NCBI GenBank assembly: GCA_963933835.1
Contig: CAWVVV010000002.1
Coordinates: 128,001 to 192,000 of the forward strand
Length of the DNA stretch: 64,000 nucleotides
Origin: an uncultured Puniceicoccaceae bacterium
Lineage (GTDB): Bacteria > Verrucomicrobiota > Verrucomicrobiia > Opitutales > Oceanipulchritudinaceae
Direction: 5' to 3'
Shown: piece by piece, positions 1 to 9,749 of the stretch
Position numbering within the stretch: position 1 is the stretch's first letter
How the letters are laid out: every line of letters begins with the position of its first letter
Position numbers and translations under genes: made by a program
Notes under the pieces: generated by a model
What the model was told of the DNA's origin: nothing
The model's database searches: none
What the model saw: only the letters and a program-made list of their open reading frames with translations

Positions 1-635
1 AAGATCGATCCCTGCTGATTGGGGTCACTCTTCGACATCTTTCGCGTCGGCTCTTGAAGAGACATGACGCGCGCAGCGACCTTGGGGATGTAAACTTCTG
101 GGACCTTGAAAGTATCGCTGTAAGTCGAGTTGAATTTCTGAGCAAGATCGCGGCAGAGCTCAACATGCTGCTTCTGGTCTTCACCGACGGGCACTCGGTC
201 TGCATTGTAGAGGAGAATGTCTGCCGACATCAGAACGGGGTAAGTCAACAGTCCGCTGCCGATAAACCCCTTTGCCTGGCGCGAGGACTTATCCTTGAAC
301 TGCGTCATGCGCTCAAGCTGTCCCAAAGGGCAAATACACCCAAGGATCCAGCCGAGCTCGGTGTGTCCTGTTACATGGCTTTGCGCAAAAAGGTGGCTGC
401 GCTCCGGGTCGAGCCCACAAGCGATGTACATTGCGAGGGTCGCGTAGGTGCTCTTGCGCAGGTCTGCCGGCGTGTAGGGAACCGTGATCGAGTGCATGTC
501 GACGATACCGAAGAAGCATTCGTAGTCGTCGATCATCGTCGCCCAATTCTTCAGTGCGCCAAAATAGTTGCCGAGGGTCAGGAGGCCCGAAGGTTGGGCA
601 CAGGTCAGGATAACAGGCTTGGTCGTCTCACTCAT
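1..635 (-). CDS. trpS: Tryptophan--tRNA ligase (3' end runs off the window)
   Basis: Manual minus-strand translation from ATG at 635: [31 protein letters not shown]...[10 protein letters not shown]...[13 protein letters not shown]...RKMSKSDP. Has the TLGN (HIGH-like), GEDQ and KMSKS motifs. Absent from the ORF track because it is open at the edge. Confidence 0.96.
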   Translation of the reverse strand, partial: MSETTKPVILTCAQPSGLLTLGNYFGALKNWATMIDDYECFFGIVDMHSITVPYTPADLRKSTYATLAMYIACGLDPERSHLFAQSHVTGHTELGWILGCICPLGQLERMTQFKDKSSRQAKGFIGSGLLTYPVLMSADILLYNADRVPVGEDQKQHVELCRDLAQKFNSTYSDTFKVPEVYIPKVAARVMSLQEPTRKMSKSDPNQQGSI

Positions 636-760
636 AGGATTTTTCAGGCTGAGAATGAGGTAGGGGTAGCAGCAGGAATCCGGCAAATGCTTTTTCCTGC
701 GCCCATCCTGCAAAAGGATGGAAGCGTTGCTTTTTACCCTCGAACTGCTTCTCTGCTCAG

Positions 761-1240
761 ATGCTCCTTTACCTCCTTCGGCATGCTGAAGCCGCTGACA
801 ACTATCCGGATGCAAAGCGCCCCCTCTCGCCGAAAGGGCGAGACGACACTGCCAGCCTCGGCAAGCTTTTGAAGCGCCAGGGCATCCCCCTTCCCAGCCT
901 AGTGTGGTGCAGCCCTTATCTGCGTGCGCAAGAGACCGCCCAGATTTTAATCGAAGAAGCAGGTAGCGACTCCGAGATCGAAACACACACCGCTTTGACT
1001 CCAGAATGCTCTGCCGCAGACCTTCTCCCTGCCCTAGCGTCAGCCAACGAAGATCTACTCATCGTAGGGCACAATCCACACCTCTCTATCCTCGCGGGTT
1101 TGCTCATTGGTGGACCTGATGCGATTGTCCAATACCGTAAATGCACCCTAGCACGGTTCGAAAGGATCAGCTTCTATTCGCAAGTAACGCCAGCCCGCTG
1201 GGCACTGGACTGGTTCATCCCGCCGAAGCTTTTTCGGTAG
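761..1240 (+). CDS. sixA: Phosphohistidine phosphatase SixA (histidine phosphatase superfamily)
   Basis: [32 protein letters not shown] motifs; 159 aa. Confidence 0.85.
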   Translation: MLLYLLRHAEAADNYPDAKRPLSPKGRDDTASLGKLLKRQGIPLPSLVWCSPYLRAQETAQILIEEAGSDSEIETHTALTPECSAADLLPALASANEDLLIVGHNPHLSILAGLLIGGPDAIVQYRKCTLARFERISFYSQVTPARWALDWFIPPKLFR

Positions 1241-1267
1241 CCGTATCGAGCCCGATAGGCCGCCGTA

Positions 1268-1843
1268 CTAGGCGCCGGTGGTTTCTTCTTCGGCCCAAGC
1301 ATCGTAGAGATATAGGGCGGTCAACATGAGCGCATGTGACATGCGACCATCACGGATCGCCGCCCGTAGCTCGCTGTCTTCCCACAAGCAGGACTCGATT
1401 TCCTCATGTTCGTCCCACTCGGGCGCTCCAAACAGCTCAATCGATCTAAAAAAGACAAAGCCACACGTATTGTCCTGCATCGCCGGATTCGGTGCCATGT
1501 TCCCGAGCAGGACAGGATCCTTCCCCGCGTATCCCGTCTCTTCACGGAACTCGCGCGTAGCAGCCTCAATCGGATCTTCACCGGCTTCGGCGCAACCCGA
1601 AGGGAATTCCCAACCAAACTCATTTCGCCCAAAACGGAACTGTCGGATAACCAACCAACGTCCATCAGGAACGCGTCCCATCGCCACCGCCCAATTCGTC
1701 GGCCGGATGACAAAAAAATCAGCAGACTTTCCGTTCGCTAGACGCTCGAAGTGTTGACGCTCGACACTGAAAACCCGGCAGTCAGCTACCTGCTCAGCTT
1801 CGAGCTTCTTCCAACCTCCATCGTTCTTCGTTTCTCCGGCCAT
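1268..1843 (-). CDS. NUDIX hydrolase (ADP-ribose pyrophosphatase-like)
   Basis: Nudix box GCAEAGEDPIEAATREFREETG preceded by RQFRFG...WEFPSG. Confidence 0.9.
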   Translation of the reverse strand: MAGETKNDGGWKKLEAEQVADCRVFSVERQHFERLANGKSADFFVIRPTNWAVAMGRVPDGRWLVIRQFRFGRNEFGWEFPSGCAEAGEDPIEAATREFREETGYAGKDPVLLGNMAPNPAMQDNTCGFVFFRSIELFGAPEWDEHEEIESCLWEDSELRAAIRDGRMSHALMLTALYLYDAWAEEETTGA

Positions 1844-1870
1844 GTGTCGTTTGCCGTCGAACGTCAGATG

Positions 1871-2542
1871 CTAGTTTGCAGGGATGACAAGTTCGTCACC
1901 TGGCATCATACGGCGGGGTTCAACCGTTGGATTAGCAGCCATTAGATTTGTCAGCGAAACGCCATAGCGACGAGCGATGACGGCCATGAATTCACCCGGC
2001 TGGATGACATGAATCTGTGCGCCCTCAGGCAGACTGACCGTAGGCGTTGCAGCAGAAGATGAAGACGACGCGGGACGAGCTGCTGCTCCGCCGTCGACCC
2101 GAGCGATGAGCTGCTCGAGCTTGGTTGAGGCTTCGTTTAACTGCGTGCGATTTGCTTTCACCTCACTTGAAACAGAGTTGAAGGCTCCCTGCGTCTGAGC
2201 GTGCATCTCTTGAAGTTGTTTCGTGACATCTGCACCGGACTGGCGGCTGAGCTTCACGATCGAAGCCCCCATGTTGCCAAGGCGGCCTTCGATGTCGTCG
2301 ATGCTGGACTTGGTCTCAGCTTCGAGCGTTGAGAGGGCGTTCGCGGTAGGATCCGGCGATGCAGAGAGCTCAGCTTTATAGGTCTCAAGAGCACTTCCTG
2401 CCTTTAGTGCCATGTAAAGTCCCGCCAGCCCAATCAACAATCCAACGACTGCTATCACGAGGGCTACCGTGACTATCTTACTTGAACTGCTGCTGGAGTC
2501 TGCGCCTGCAAAACCGCTCGAATCGGTATCGAAATCTTCCAT
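1871..2542 (-). CDS. Membrane-anchored coiled-coil protein with C-terminal LysM domain
   Basis: N-terminal TM helix, helical middle, C-terminal HVIQPGEFMAVIARRYGVSLTNLMAANP...PGDELVIP. Confidence 0.85.
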   Translation of the reverse strand: MEDFDTDSSGFAGADSSSSSSKIVTVALVIAVVGLLIGLAGLYMALKAGSALETYKAELSASPDPTANALSTLEAETKSSIDDIEGRLGNMGASIVKLSRQSGADVTKQLQEMHAQTQGAFNSVSSEVKANRTQLNEASTKLEQLIARVDGGAAARPASSSSSAATPTVSLPEGAQIHVIQPGEFMAVIARRYGVSLTNLMAANPTVEPRRMMPGDELVIPAN

Positions 2543-2661
2543 TTTGAAATCACGCTAGAGACCGGTCTCCTTTCGGCAAGGCTTTAGGCGAGAGCGGAAA
2601 ATCGAGCATTTCCGTTGACTTCCGAAATCCAATCAACTCTCTATCTCCCCCTTTGGTCAAT

Positions 2662-2738
<77 letters not shown>

Positions 2739-2802
2739 ATTTTCCCTCCACGGGGATTTCCCAAGAGCATAGGATCTCTCAATCTGAGACGCGCTCACAC
2801 GA

Positions 2803-2868
2803 CTGGATGAGAACCTGCGGATGAAGCAGGTTTGACGCAGTGAGGCAGATCGCGGGAGCGGGAATCCT
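2803..2868 (+). repeat. tRNA-linked structured element echoing the T arm of the adjacent tRNA
   Basis: CTGGATGAGAACCTGC resembles the antisense of the T arm (CAGGATTCGAACCTGC); GCAGGTTTGA...AATCCT resembles a split sense copy. Confidence 0.5.
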
Positions 2869-4178
2869 TAGAGGCCGGTGCTGGCGAGCGCTAGAATATC
2901 GTTATAGCGATCACTGCCATCGTATAGAATACGCCATTGCTCCATCGAAAAATCGCTGCTTGATCCGACCTCCTTGAGTGATTCATCAAAATGGAATTCA
3001 AAGTTGCCGGTCATGAGGATCGTATCCGCGATAACAGCTCCAAGCATTGTTCCACCGGAACCACTACCCTTCATCTCCATCGCTGCATAGGGCGCATAGA
3101 CGGCAGCTGACATCGCTCCATTTCCGCTCAGCTTGATCGTTTGGCTGCCATCATCCGGCGCCGTTGAATACACGATTACGTCAGCGGGCACCGCATTTGT
3201 ATTCACTATCCCGTTACCACCGATGTCCATATCGCCCGAGACATAGAGGTTAGGCTCGATCCGGGGGTAATGGTAATCTCGCCCATCACAGAGATGTCAC
3301 CGTTAACGATCATCGTGACATCACCCGAGATCGAATAATTTATCTGACTGGTCGAAGTGAGTGACGTTAATTCATATTCAGGACTCGCCAGCGTATGAGT
3401 TCCGTTGCTCGTCGGCACGACTGTAACCGGGGCACCCATCGCCGGTGCGCTTATGGGCGGAAACTCAGCATAGAAATCGGTCGAGACCCGGTTTGGGTCT
3501 ACACTCACCCCACCCGGCGTATCCGCTCCCGTCACACTGCCGTTATTGCCAACAAGAGGTGAACTCCCACCCGTCGCGACATAGCCATACACATCCGCAT
3601 TTTGAAGATTCACCGCGTCGACCGCGACATTCACGCTCGCTACCGATCCATTGTCGTTGCGGTTATTGGTCGCATGGTAAGCACCATCGCTGGATTTGTA
3701 ACTATCGACGGCGATCTTATTCCCGTTCATCCGAACACCATCACGTGTGGTTAAGCCATTGGCGAAGAGACCGCCGCTACTCAAATCGATTCGAATTTGA
3801 TTTGAAACCTCGGAACCCATCCGGTGCTGGATACGCGCATCGACGACAATAGTGGGGGCTTGCGGATCATTCGAAACGAATACATCGACCCAACGAGGTT
3901 CACCTCTCCACCCATGAGGCATGTTGCTGATCGTTTTCGAATAGCCAGCTGCTCCTACGGTCCCAACCAGTCCAATCATCGGTAGTGATCGCAAAGAGCG
4001 CATCCTCAGCCCCGACCTCAGCGACGTTGATCGCCTCCATGTTCATCCGAGCTCGGTGCGCCATCTTGTATTCTTGGCGAGCACTTTCCAGATACAAGCC
4101 AGCAATCGATCCGACGAGGATCGCAATGAGAAAACTGGCGATGAGCGCGGAGCCCTTTTTTTCGCTAAAATGTTTCAT
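2868..4178 (-). pseudogene. PilX-like minor pilin/pilus assembly protein, broken by two frameshifts
   Basis: Starts MKHFSEKKGSALIASFLIAILVG...A.NVAEVGAEDA (PilX-type N terminus). Three ORF pieces (3900-4178, 3206-4003, 2868-3230) join after removing one G at ~3962-3964 and adding one C at ~3248-3249. Confidence 0.75.
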
Positions 4179-4203
4179 TTTCTTTCTTTGGTCGACAGGT
4201 GTC

Positions 4204-4793
4204 TCAGGTAGAAATCGCTTGGTTGCTAACACGTTTGTTTCGCAACATGAAGCGGGCAGAAATAATATGATTACGATTTGTTTGGGCGAGGACGTTACGC
4301 AAAAGCTCAGCCTCCAGCTGAACATGCTTAATCTCGAGCGGAGCCGTCGTTGTAACGTGTCGAAGGGTGAAGTAGTCGAAAGCTAGGTAGTTGATATCGT
4401 TCAGCAGAACATTACTCACTGAACTACCGCCTGCTGGCGTTGATGTCACGGTTAAGGTCTTATTAGTACTACTGTAGACATAGGCATTTCGCGTCGTGCT
4501 ACCATCGCCCTCGATGCAATCAACCGTCAGGGTAGAGGAACTCGCAGAAACAACATCCGCAGCAGAGCGAATCTGACGGCCGATGAGCTGAAGAGCCACT
4601 CGGCTCTGGGTGTTCATCTCAGTGTAGTTGATCAGGCTCTCAGAGCCCTTCGCGAGGGCCATGATCGATCCAGTTGCGATACTCAACGCAACTGAGCCAA
4701 TGAGGACCGCAAACATCAATTCTGGGAGCGTAAAGCCTCCAGTCTTCCGTGATGAGGACTTTTTTGGATTACCCTTTTTCTATCGAATTTCAT
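4204..4793 (-). pseudogene. PilW/PulJ-like prepilin with a 5' frameshift
   Basis: Prepilin motif GGFTLPELMFAVLIG lies just upstream of ORF 4204-4719. The ATG at 4793 (TAATG-coupled to the upstream gene) is one base out of frame; adding one A to an A-run gives MKFDRKKGNPKKSSSRKTGGFTLPELM. Confidence 0.72.
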
Positions 4794-5281
4794 TAAAATG
4801 CCCTGTAGTAATAATCGTTGAGACCATCCTCTGTGAAACGCGTATAATAGCGCTCATAGGTCCAGTAATTCGAATGTGAAGGCCACCACCCGACATAGAT
4901 GAAGACACCTATTTGATCGAGCGTGCCGTCGTTGTTGTTGTCCTCTTGAAGGACCCCTCTCCACAGAGTATATCTATCGGCGTAAGCAACGGCGAACTGC
5001 CCCTGCAATTGTAGTAAAGTGAAATTAATGAACTGCGGATCACTCGGGTTCGTCAGATCAGATAAATCTGAAAAAGTCATCGTGCGAAGCGTCTCAATTT
5101 CACTTTGAATGATCTGCGAGATACGAGTGGAGTCCCGAGCGTCGGAAATCATGCGATTTCCTTGGATGAGAGCCGTGATACCGCCTCCCAATACTAGGGT
5201 AATCACGGTGATCGCGACCATCACCTCCATTAGGGTGAATCCACCCGACTTAGTGCCTTCTGGCTGATGCAAATTTAGCAT
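4793..5281 (-). CDS. PilV-like prepilin (N-terminal cleavage/methylation domain)
   Basis: SGGFTLMEVMVAITVITLVLGG type IV pilin cleavage motif (G|F, E at +5). Confidence 0.85.
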   Translation of the reverse strand: MLNLHQPEGTKSGGFTLMEVMVAITVITLVLGGGITALIQGNRMISDARDSTRISQIIQSEIETLRTMTFSDLSDLTNPSDPQFINFTLLQLQGQFAVAYADRYTLWRGVLQEDNNNDGTLDQIGVFIYVGWWPSHSNYWTYERYYTRFTEDGLNDYYYRAF

Positions 5282-5290
5282 TAGGAGCTT

Positions 5291-5318
5291 ATATCGCCAA
5301 GCAGCCTTAGAACCTTTG
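5291..5318 (-). promoter_or_regulatory. Possible sigma28-like promoter of the pilin operon
   Basis: CAAA-N16-GGCGATAT versus consensus TAAA-N15-GCCGATAA; weak match. Confidence 0.2.
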
Positions 5319-5465
5319 CCTATGTCGCTCTAGGTCCGTAGCTTAACAATTCTTTCGCATAAAAGAGGCCCCCAGGCGGCATTGTCCTGACTATTTTACA
5401 GGAACTAAACAGATGGCGTCCTCGCACGGCCTGGCATAACTTATAACCTTTTAAGAAACCAAATC

Positions 5466-5849
5466 ATGGACGCATTTATTAACACGATTGAAGAATCAAA
5501 GGAATATTACTTCCCCGAGGGCTGCTACATCCTAGAATGCTTGCCCCACAAAAAGAACCCAGCGCTCAGCGTCGCTCGAGCCCGTGTAAAACCGGGTGTG
5601 CGCACCCGACTCCACTCCCTCGATGGCACCGCAGAGCACTACATCATCCAGAGTGGCGAAGGACGAATGTTTCTGGGCGACGACGAGGAGGGTCAGATGG
5701 TAGGGCCCAACGATGTCGTTGTAATTCCTCCCACCGTCGCGCAAGCGATCGAAAACACCGGAAAGGTCGATCTAGTCTTTCTGGCCGTCTGTACTCCTAG
5801 CTTCGAGCCCACCTGTTACATCGACCTCGAAGACTCGCGGGGGGAGTAG
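5466..5849 (+). CDS. Cupin domain protein
   Basis: ARARVKPG.RTRLHSL...EHY.I.SGEG and DVVVIPP...Q.IENTG..DLVFL cupin motifs. Confidence 0.85.
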   Translation: MDAFINTIEESKEYYFPEGCYILECLPHKKNPALSVARARVKPGVRTRLHSLDGTAEHYIIQSGEGRMFLGDDEEGQMVGPNDVVVIPPTVAQAIENTGKVDLVFLAVCTPSFEPTCYIDLEDSRGE

Positions 5850-5926
5850 AAGGCGTCTGAATGATCGCAGCAAACGCTGACAATTTGCTGTTCAGAATCG
5901 TTTCAACGACGTAGGCTTTGGTTTAA

Positions 5927-6487
5927 ATGGAATTCATCGAGAACCTAGAGGAAGCGCTAGCCCCCGTCTGGCAGTTTTGTGTTCTATACTTCAGTAACCC
6001 GATCATCTGGTCGCTGATCGGACTCATTGTCTTGGTCATCGTTTGGTTTCGCTTCGCGCGAGCACGCAGGCCGATTGTACTCCAACGAAGCCAAGGAGGA
6101 AACCTCGAGATCGCACGCACGACCTTGCGGGGATTGATCATTGGTGCGTCCGAGCTGATCGAAGGCGTCGACCGAGCTACCTGTAAGTATGACCAAAAGG
6201 GGAGCAAACTGCGCGTCACGGTGGCTATTCACCTCGCGGGCCAAGCCCGTCTTCCGCTCGTCGAAGAAGAGCTGAAGAAGGCCATCCGAACGACGCTGCA
6301 ACAGCACGTCGGATATGAGCCGAGCAAGGTCACCCCGATTAACGTCCGAGTAACAAAGATTTCTGGCGATACGATCACGATCGAGCCGCCACGCGAAGAA
6401 GAAGTCCAAGCGAGTCTTCCCCGTTTTGATTCGGATGACAGCGAAGAGCTTCCTGAAGGCCAAGCGACGACAACGGAGCGCCTTTAG
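5927..6487 (+). CDS. AmaP/Asp23-like membrane-anchored envelope stress protein
   Basis: N-terminal TM helix, then G.LEI.R.TL..LI...IEGV...IR..L...VG....INVRV pattern. Confidence 0.6.
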   Translation: MEFIENLEEALAPVWQFCVLYFSNPIIWSLIGLIVLVIVWFRFARARRPIVLQRSQGGNLEIARTTLRGLIIGASELIEGVDRATCKYDQKGSKLRVTVAIHLAGQARLPLVEEELKKAIRTTLQQHVGYEPSKVTPINVRVTKISGDTITIEPPREEEVQASLPRFDSDDSEELPEGQATTTERL

Positions 6488-6517
6488 CCCCTCCCAGACA
6501 GACACCTCCCTTCAAAG

Positions 6518-7168
6518 ATGCAGACATTCCATCTCCCCTCTGCCCGTCTGTACGGTATTCTGGACACAGGCTACGTAGATGCCTCCAGTTCCGCTTGGGA
6601 GAAGACCTGCGAGACGATGCTCGGGGCCGGGATAGATCTTCTTCAACTAAGAGCAAAAGGCTCCACGCGTGATGAGCGCCGCAAACTGCTTCATCGCATA
6701 CAGCCCCTCTTTGCAGGAAGTGATACCCCCCTCATCCTCAATGACGACCTCCTCCTCGCCTGTGAAGAGCCCGATGTTGGGCTTCACCTTGGCCAAGACG
6801 ACACCCCAGTAGAGGAAGCCCGCAAACAACTGGGGCCAGACAGGATCTTAGGACTCTCAACCCACTCCCCTGCTCAGGCGGCAGAAGCCATCGCCCACGC
6901 CGACCTAATCGACTACTTTGCGGTCGGCCCTGTCTTTGCGACACCGACAAAGCCTACCTACGAGCCCGTGGGTCTGGAACTGGTCAAACACGTTGCGAGC
7001 CTGCAACCACCCCTCCCCTGGTTTTGCATCGGAGGGATAAAACTGGGTAATGTCGCCGAGGTCTTAGAAGCCGGAGCGGCGGCCGTCGTAGTTGTCTCTG
7101 AAATCCTTCGAGCGGAGGAACCAGCAAGACTGATTCAGCGCTACCATCGGGCACTCAAAAAGGCCTAG
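6518..7168 (+). CDS. thiE: Thiamine phosphate synthase
   Basis: LQLRAK, ILNDD, GLHLGQDD, GLSTHS, GPVFATPTK, IGGI motifs. Confidence 0.95.
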   Translation: MQTFHLPSARLYGILDTGYVDASSSAWEKTCETMLGAGIDLLQLRAKGSTRDERRKLLHRIQPLFAGSDTPLILNDDLLLACEEPDVGLHLGQDDTPVEEARKQLGPDRILGLSTHSPAQAAEAIAHADLIDYFAVGPVFATPTKPTYEPVGLELVKHVASLQPPLPWFCIGGIKLGNVAEVLEAGAAAVVVVSEILRAEEPARLIQRYHRALKKA

Positions 7169-7181
7169 GGCCGCTGCCTTA

Positions 7182-8129
7182 TCATTGTCCGTAGACGGTC
7201 GTTTCAGGATGAAATGCCTGCCAAGCGAACCAGAAGCTTCTCACCGCAGGCAGCTCTTCGTTGGGATCTAATCTCACTGCCTTGAGAAGCTCAGCCTCTG
7301 AATCATAAACGATAGAAAGCGTAACACTGTTTACGGTGTCTGTAATCGTCGGATTATCTTCCACCGCCTGGAGTGGGTAGGTGCGAGCGACATCGTCGAT
7401 AACAACTCCATATACCCACGACTTGATTGGCAGATCTGGGCGAACCAATCTTTTGTCGTAGAAGAAAGGGGAATCGCTTGAGAAATAACCCGCGTATGGG
7501 TCTGAGTTATAGTTTCTCGAAAAACCGGTGTCGGTTGATAATACGACCCCGTTTGGGAATTTTTCTTTCCATGACGCATAGCGCATCTGAGCCGTAGGAA
7601 TCCATTCTAAGCCGGTCTTAAACATGGGCCCAGTCTGTGCCTGCAAGGCTAGTTGATTCCAAAGACTTTCGGTCTGATGATCATACATCAAAACATTATC
7701 CTGAAATAGAAGTCCAGAGACCCCGAAAGTCATCAGGCGCCCATTAATCATTCGATTGAATGCGAGGGCGCTACCGCAGAGCGGACAATAGGTGGCTGCA
7801 AAATGAACATCGCCGATCGAATCGTTAACAATCTCGTGCCAATTCATTATTCGAAAGGGATACGCTTTCGTCGCACCTTCATACGCCATACTTAAGACGA
7901 TGTCATCACTCGCCATGTAGGCATCTGCCTCAACTTGTGAGACAAATTTCGGATTCAGAATCGCAGGTATCCCATCCCGACCCGGTCCACCCGATTCGAT
8001 TTTAGTCGAGTCGACCTGCGAGAATATAAGCCGAAATCCATTTTCTCTCCGGACGCTCGGATGCTCATTGAAGGGGTACTCGATCTCTTCTTTGAGACTG
8101 AAATCCCAAAAACGCTTCCGCTGAATCAA
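7182..8129 (-). CDS. DUF3179 family protein (start uncertain, possibly 5'-truncated)
   Basis: SGGPGRDGIPAI, AYPFRIMNWHEIVND, TYCPLCGS, FGVSGLL...MYDHQTESLW, FWFAWQAFHPET; only a TTG start. Confidence 0.8.
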   Translation of the reverse strand: MIQRKRFWDFSLKEEIEYPFNEHPSVRRENGFRLIFSQVDSTKIESGGPGRDGIPAILNPKFVSQVEADAYMASDDIVLSMAYEGATKAYPFRIMNWHEIVNDSIGDVHFAATYCPLCGSALAFNRMINGRLMTFGVSGLLFQDNVLMYDHQTESLWNQLALQAQTGPMFKTGLEWIPTAQMRYASWKEKFPNGVVLSTDTGFSRNYNSDPYAGYFSSDSPFFYDKRLVRPDLPIKSWVYGVVIDDVARTYPLQAVEDNPTITDTVNSVTLSIVYDSEAELLKAVRLDPNEELPAVRSFWFAWQAFHPETTVYGQ

Positions 8130-8224
8130 ATATTCCCGACTAAAAGCAGAAATATCTCCACCGCATCAGGCTCCGGCTATGCGTGCCTTACGGCCTTCTT
8201 AAGAAAACCAAGGTCTAGTCGCCG

Positions 8225-9115
8225 CTAACTGCGCCAGAAGCTGACTTCGCCCCATTGGCCGTCGATTCGCTTCGTCACTTCAAAAGTCTGCGCCCAGCGC
8301 TTCTCAGCTTCTGTCTGGAAGTGCGCAGTCAACTCATCGAGCTCCTGGGCCAAAATACCACTCAGGATGAGGACGCCTTGAGTCTCCACGCTATCGAGCA
8401 GTGGGATCGAAAACTCGATCAGGACAGGTGCTAGAATATTGGCAAAGACGACATCCGCCTTGCGGTCGGCCAAACCCTTAACGAGGTCGGCCTCTTGGAA
8501 ATCGATTCCATTCGGCACTTCACAAAGAGCAGCGTTTTCAACCGCGATTTTGACCGAGTCCTGATCATTATCGAAAGCATAGGCTTCACCCCGGAACCCC
8601 GCCTTTCGTGCCGCGATCGCAAGAATTCCCGAGCCACAGCCAGCATCAACCACCGACTTATTTCTAAGCGTATCGGCTCCCCATCGATCACGAACATCGA
8701 GCAAGCGATGGATACACAGGCGGGTCGTTTCGTGGTTGCCCGTTCCGAACGCCATGCCCGGATCGAGCAGGATGATCTCTTCGCCCGCCGGAAGCTCGTA
8801 GCTCTCGCGTTCCCACTCAGGAACAAAATGCAGGCCTCGGTCCGACCACGCTTTAAAGTGTAGCTTGTAAGCATCCTTCCAATCACGGTCAGCCAATTCC
8901 TTGCCCACTGGCTCTGCATTTAAGGCAGGAAATTCTCCGCGAAGGCCCGCTAACTGTGCCGCAGCTTCCGTCTCATCGGCGAAGTAGCCCCGAAGCTCGT
9001 GCGTCTTTAGCTTCTCATTTTCAAAGAGCATCCAGAACTCTTGATACTCCTCGCAAAAGAAAGCTTCTAAAGCATCTGCCCCTGCAGAGCTGATGGGTAG
9101 GTTGAGCTGATACAT
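8225..9115 (-). CDS. prmA: Ribosomal protein L11 methyltransferase
   Basis: DPGMAFGTGNHETTRLC, DAGCGSGILAI, ANILA, LSGIL; start set at MYQLNL just after the purN stop. Confidence 0.93.
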   Translation of the reverse strand: MYQLNLPISSAGADALEAFFCEEYQEFWMLFENEKLKTHELRGYFADETEAAAQLAGLRGEFPALNAEPVGKELADRDWKDAYKLHFKAWSDRGLHFVPEWERESYELPAGEEIILLDPGMAFGTGNHETTRLCIHRLLDVRDRWGADTLRNKSVVDAGCGSGILAIAARKAGFRGEAYAFDNDQDSVKIAVENAALCEVPNGIDFQEADLVKGLADRKADVVFANILAPVLIEFSIPLLDSVETQGVLILSGILAQELDELTAHFQTEAEKRWAQTFEVTKRIDGQWGEVSFWRS

Positions 9116-9119
9116 TGTA

Positions 9120-9695
9120 TTAGAGTTCTTCTGCAAGGCGACGGACAACCGCAGGCAGGAGTCGGTGCTCGGCCGCATGCATTCTTTCCGCCAGTGAATC
9201 TTCTGTATCCGATTCTTCAATACGGACGACTTCTTGATCAATGATCGGTCCGCCATCGAGTTCACCCGTCACATAATGAACGGTGCACCCAGTTACTTTG
9301 ACCCCATACCGAAAGGCCTGCCCGATCCCGTCGAGACCTTTGAAGCTGGGCAGAAGACTTGGGTGAAGGTTGATGATCTGCTTTGGGAACGCGTCCAAAA
9401 AGCCCGCTTTCAAAACCCGCATAAAACCAGCGAGAACAATCAAGTCCGTTCCCGTTGCTCGGATAGCTGCAACATAACGATCTTCTGCCGCCGCATCCAA
9501 CTTTGTCTTAAATGGCCCGGAATCAATCGATTCCGCTGGCACCCCAAACGTCGCTCCGAGTTCAAGAATCCGAGCGTCAGGCTTATCCGAAAAGATTCCA
9601 ACGGGCTCCGCTCCTCCCAGAGCACCTGACTTCCACGCTTTCAAAAGCGTCTCAGCATTCGAGCCCCGTCCCGATCCTAGAATGACAAAACGCAT
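9120..9695 (-). CDS. purN: Phosphoribosylglycinamide formyltransferase
   Basis: SGRGSN, LAGFMR, NLHPSLLP.FKG, GCTVH.V...LDGGPII.Q. Confidence 0.96.
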   Translation of the reverse strand: MRFVILGSGRGSNAETLLKAWKSGALGGAEPVGIFSDKPDARILELGATFGVPAESIDSGPFKTKLDAAAEDRYVAAIRATGTDLIVLAGFMRVLKAGFLDAFPKQIINLHPSLLPSFKGLDGIGQAFRYGVKVTGCTVHYVTGELDGGPIIDQEVVRIEESDTEDSLAERMHAAEHRLLPAVVRRLAEEL

Positions 9696-9749
9696 AAGAA
9701 GTATTTGGTTAACTTAAGATTTCTACTACAGGCCGCCGCCTCGCGTGGC

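Noticed and set aside
54..872. 272-aa plus-strand ORF
   Set aside because: Antisense shadow of trpS, which has clear TrpRS motifs on the minus strand. The same applies to the many antisense ORFs over carB, ftsK, the RND genes and metH.
5282..6517. TPP riboswitch upstream of thiE
   Set aside because: No CTGAGA...CCTGA...AGGGA-type consensus in the intergenic segments.
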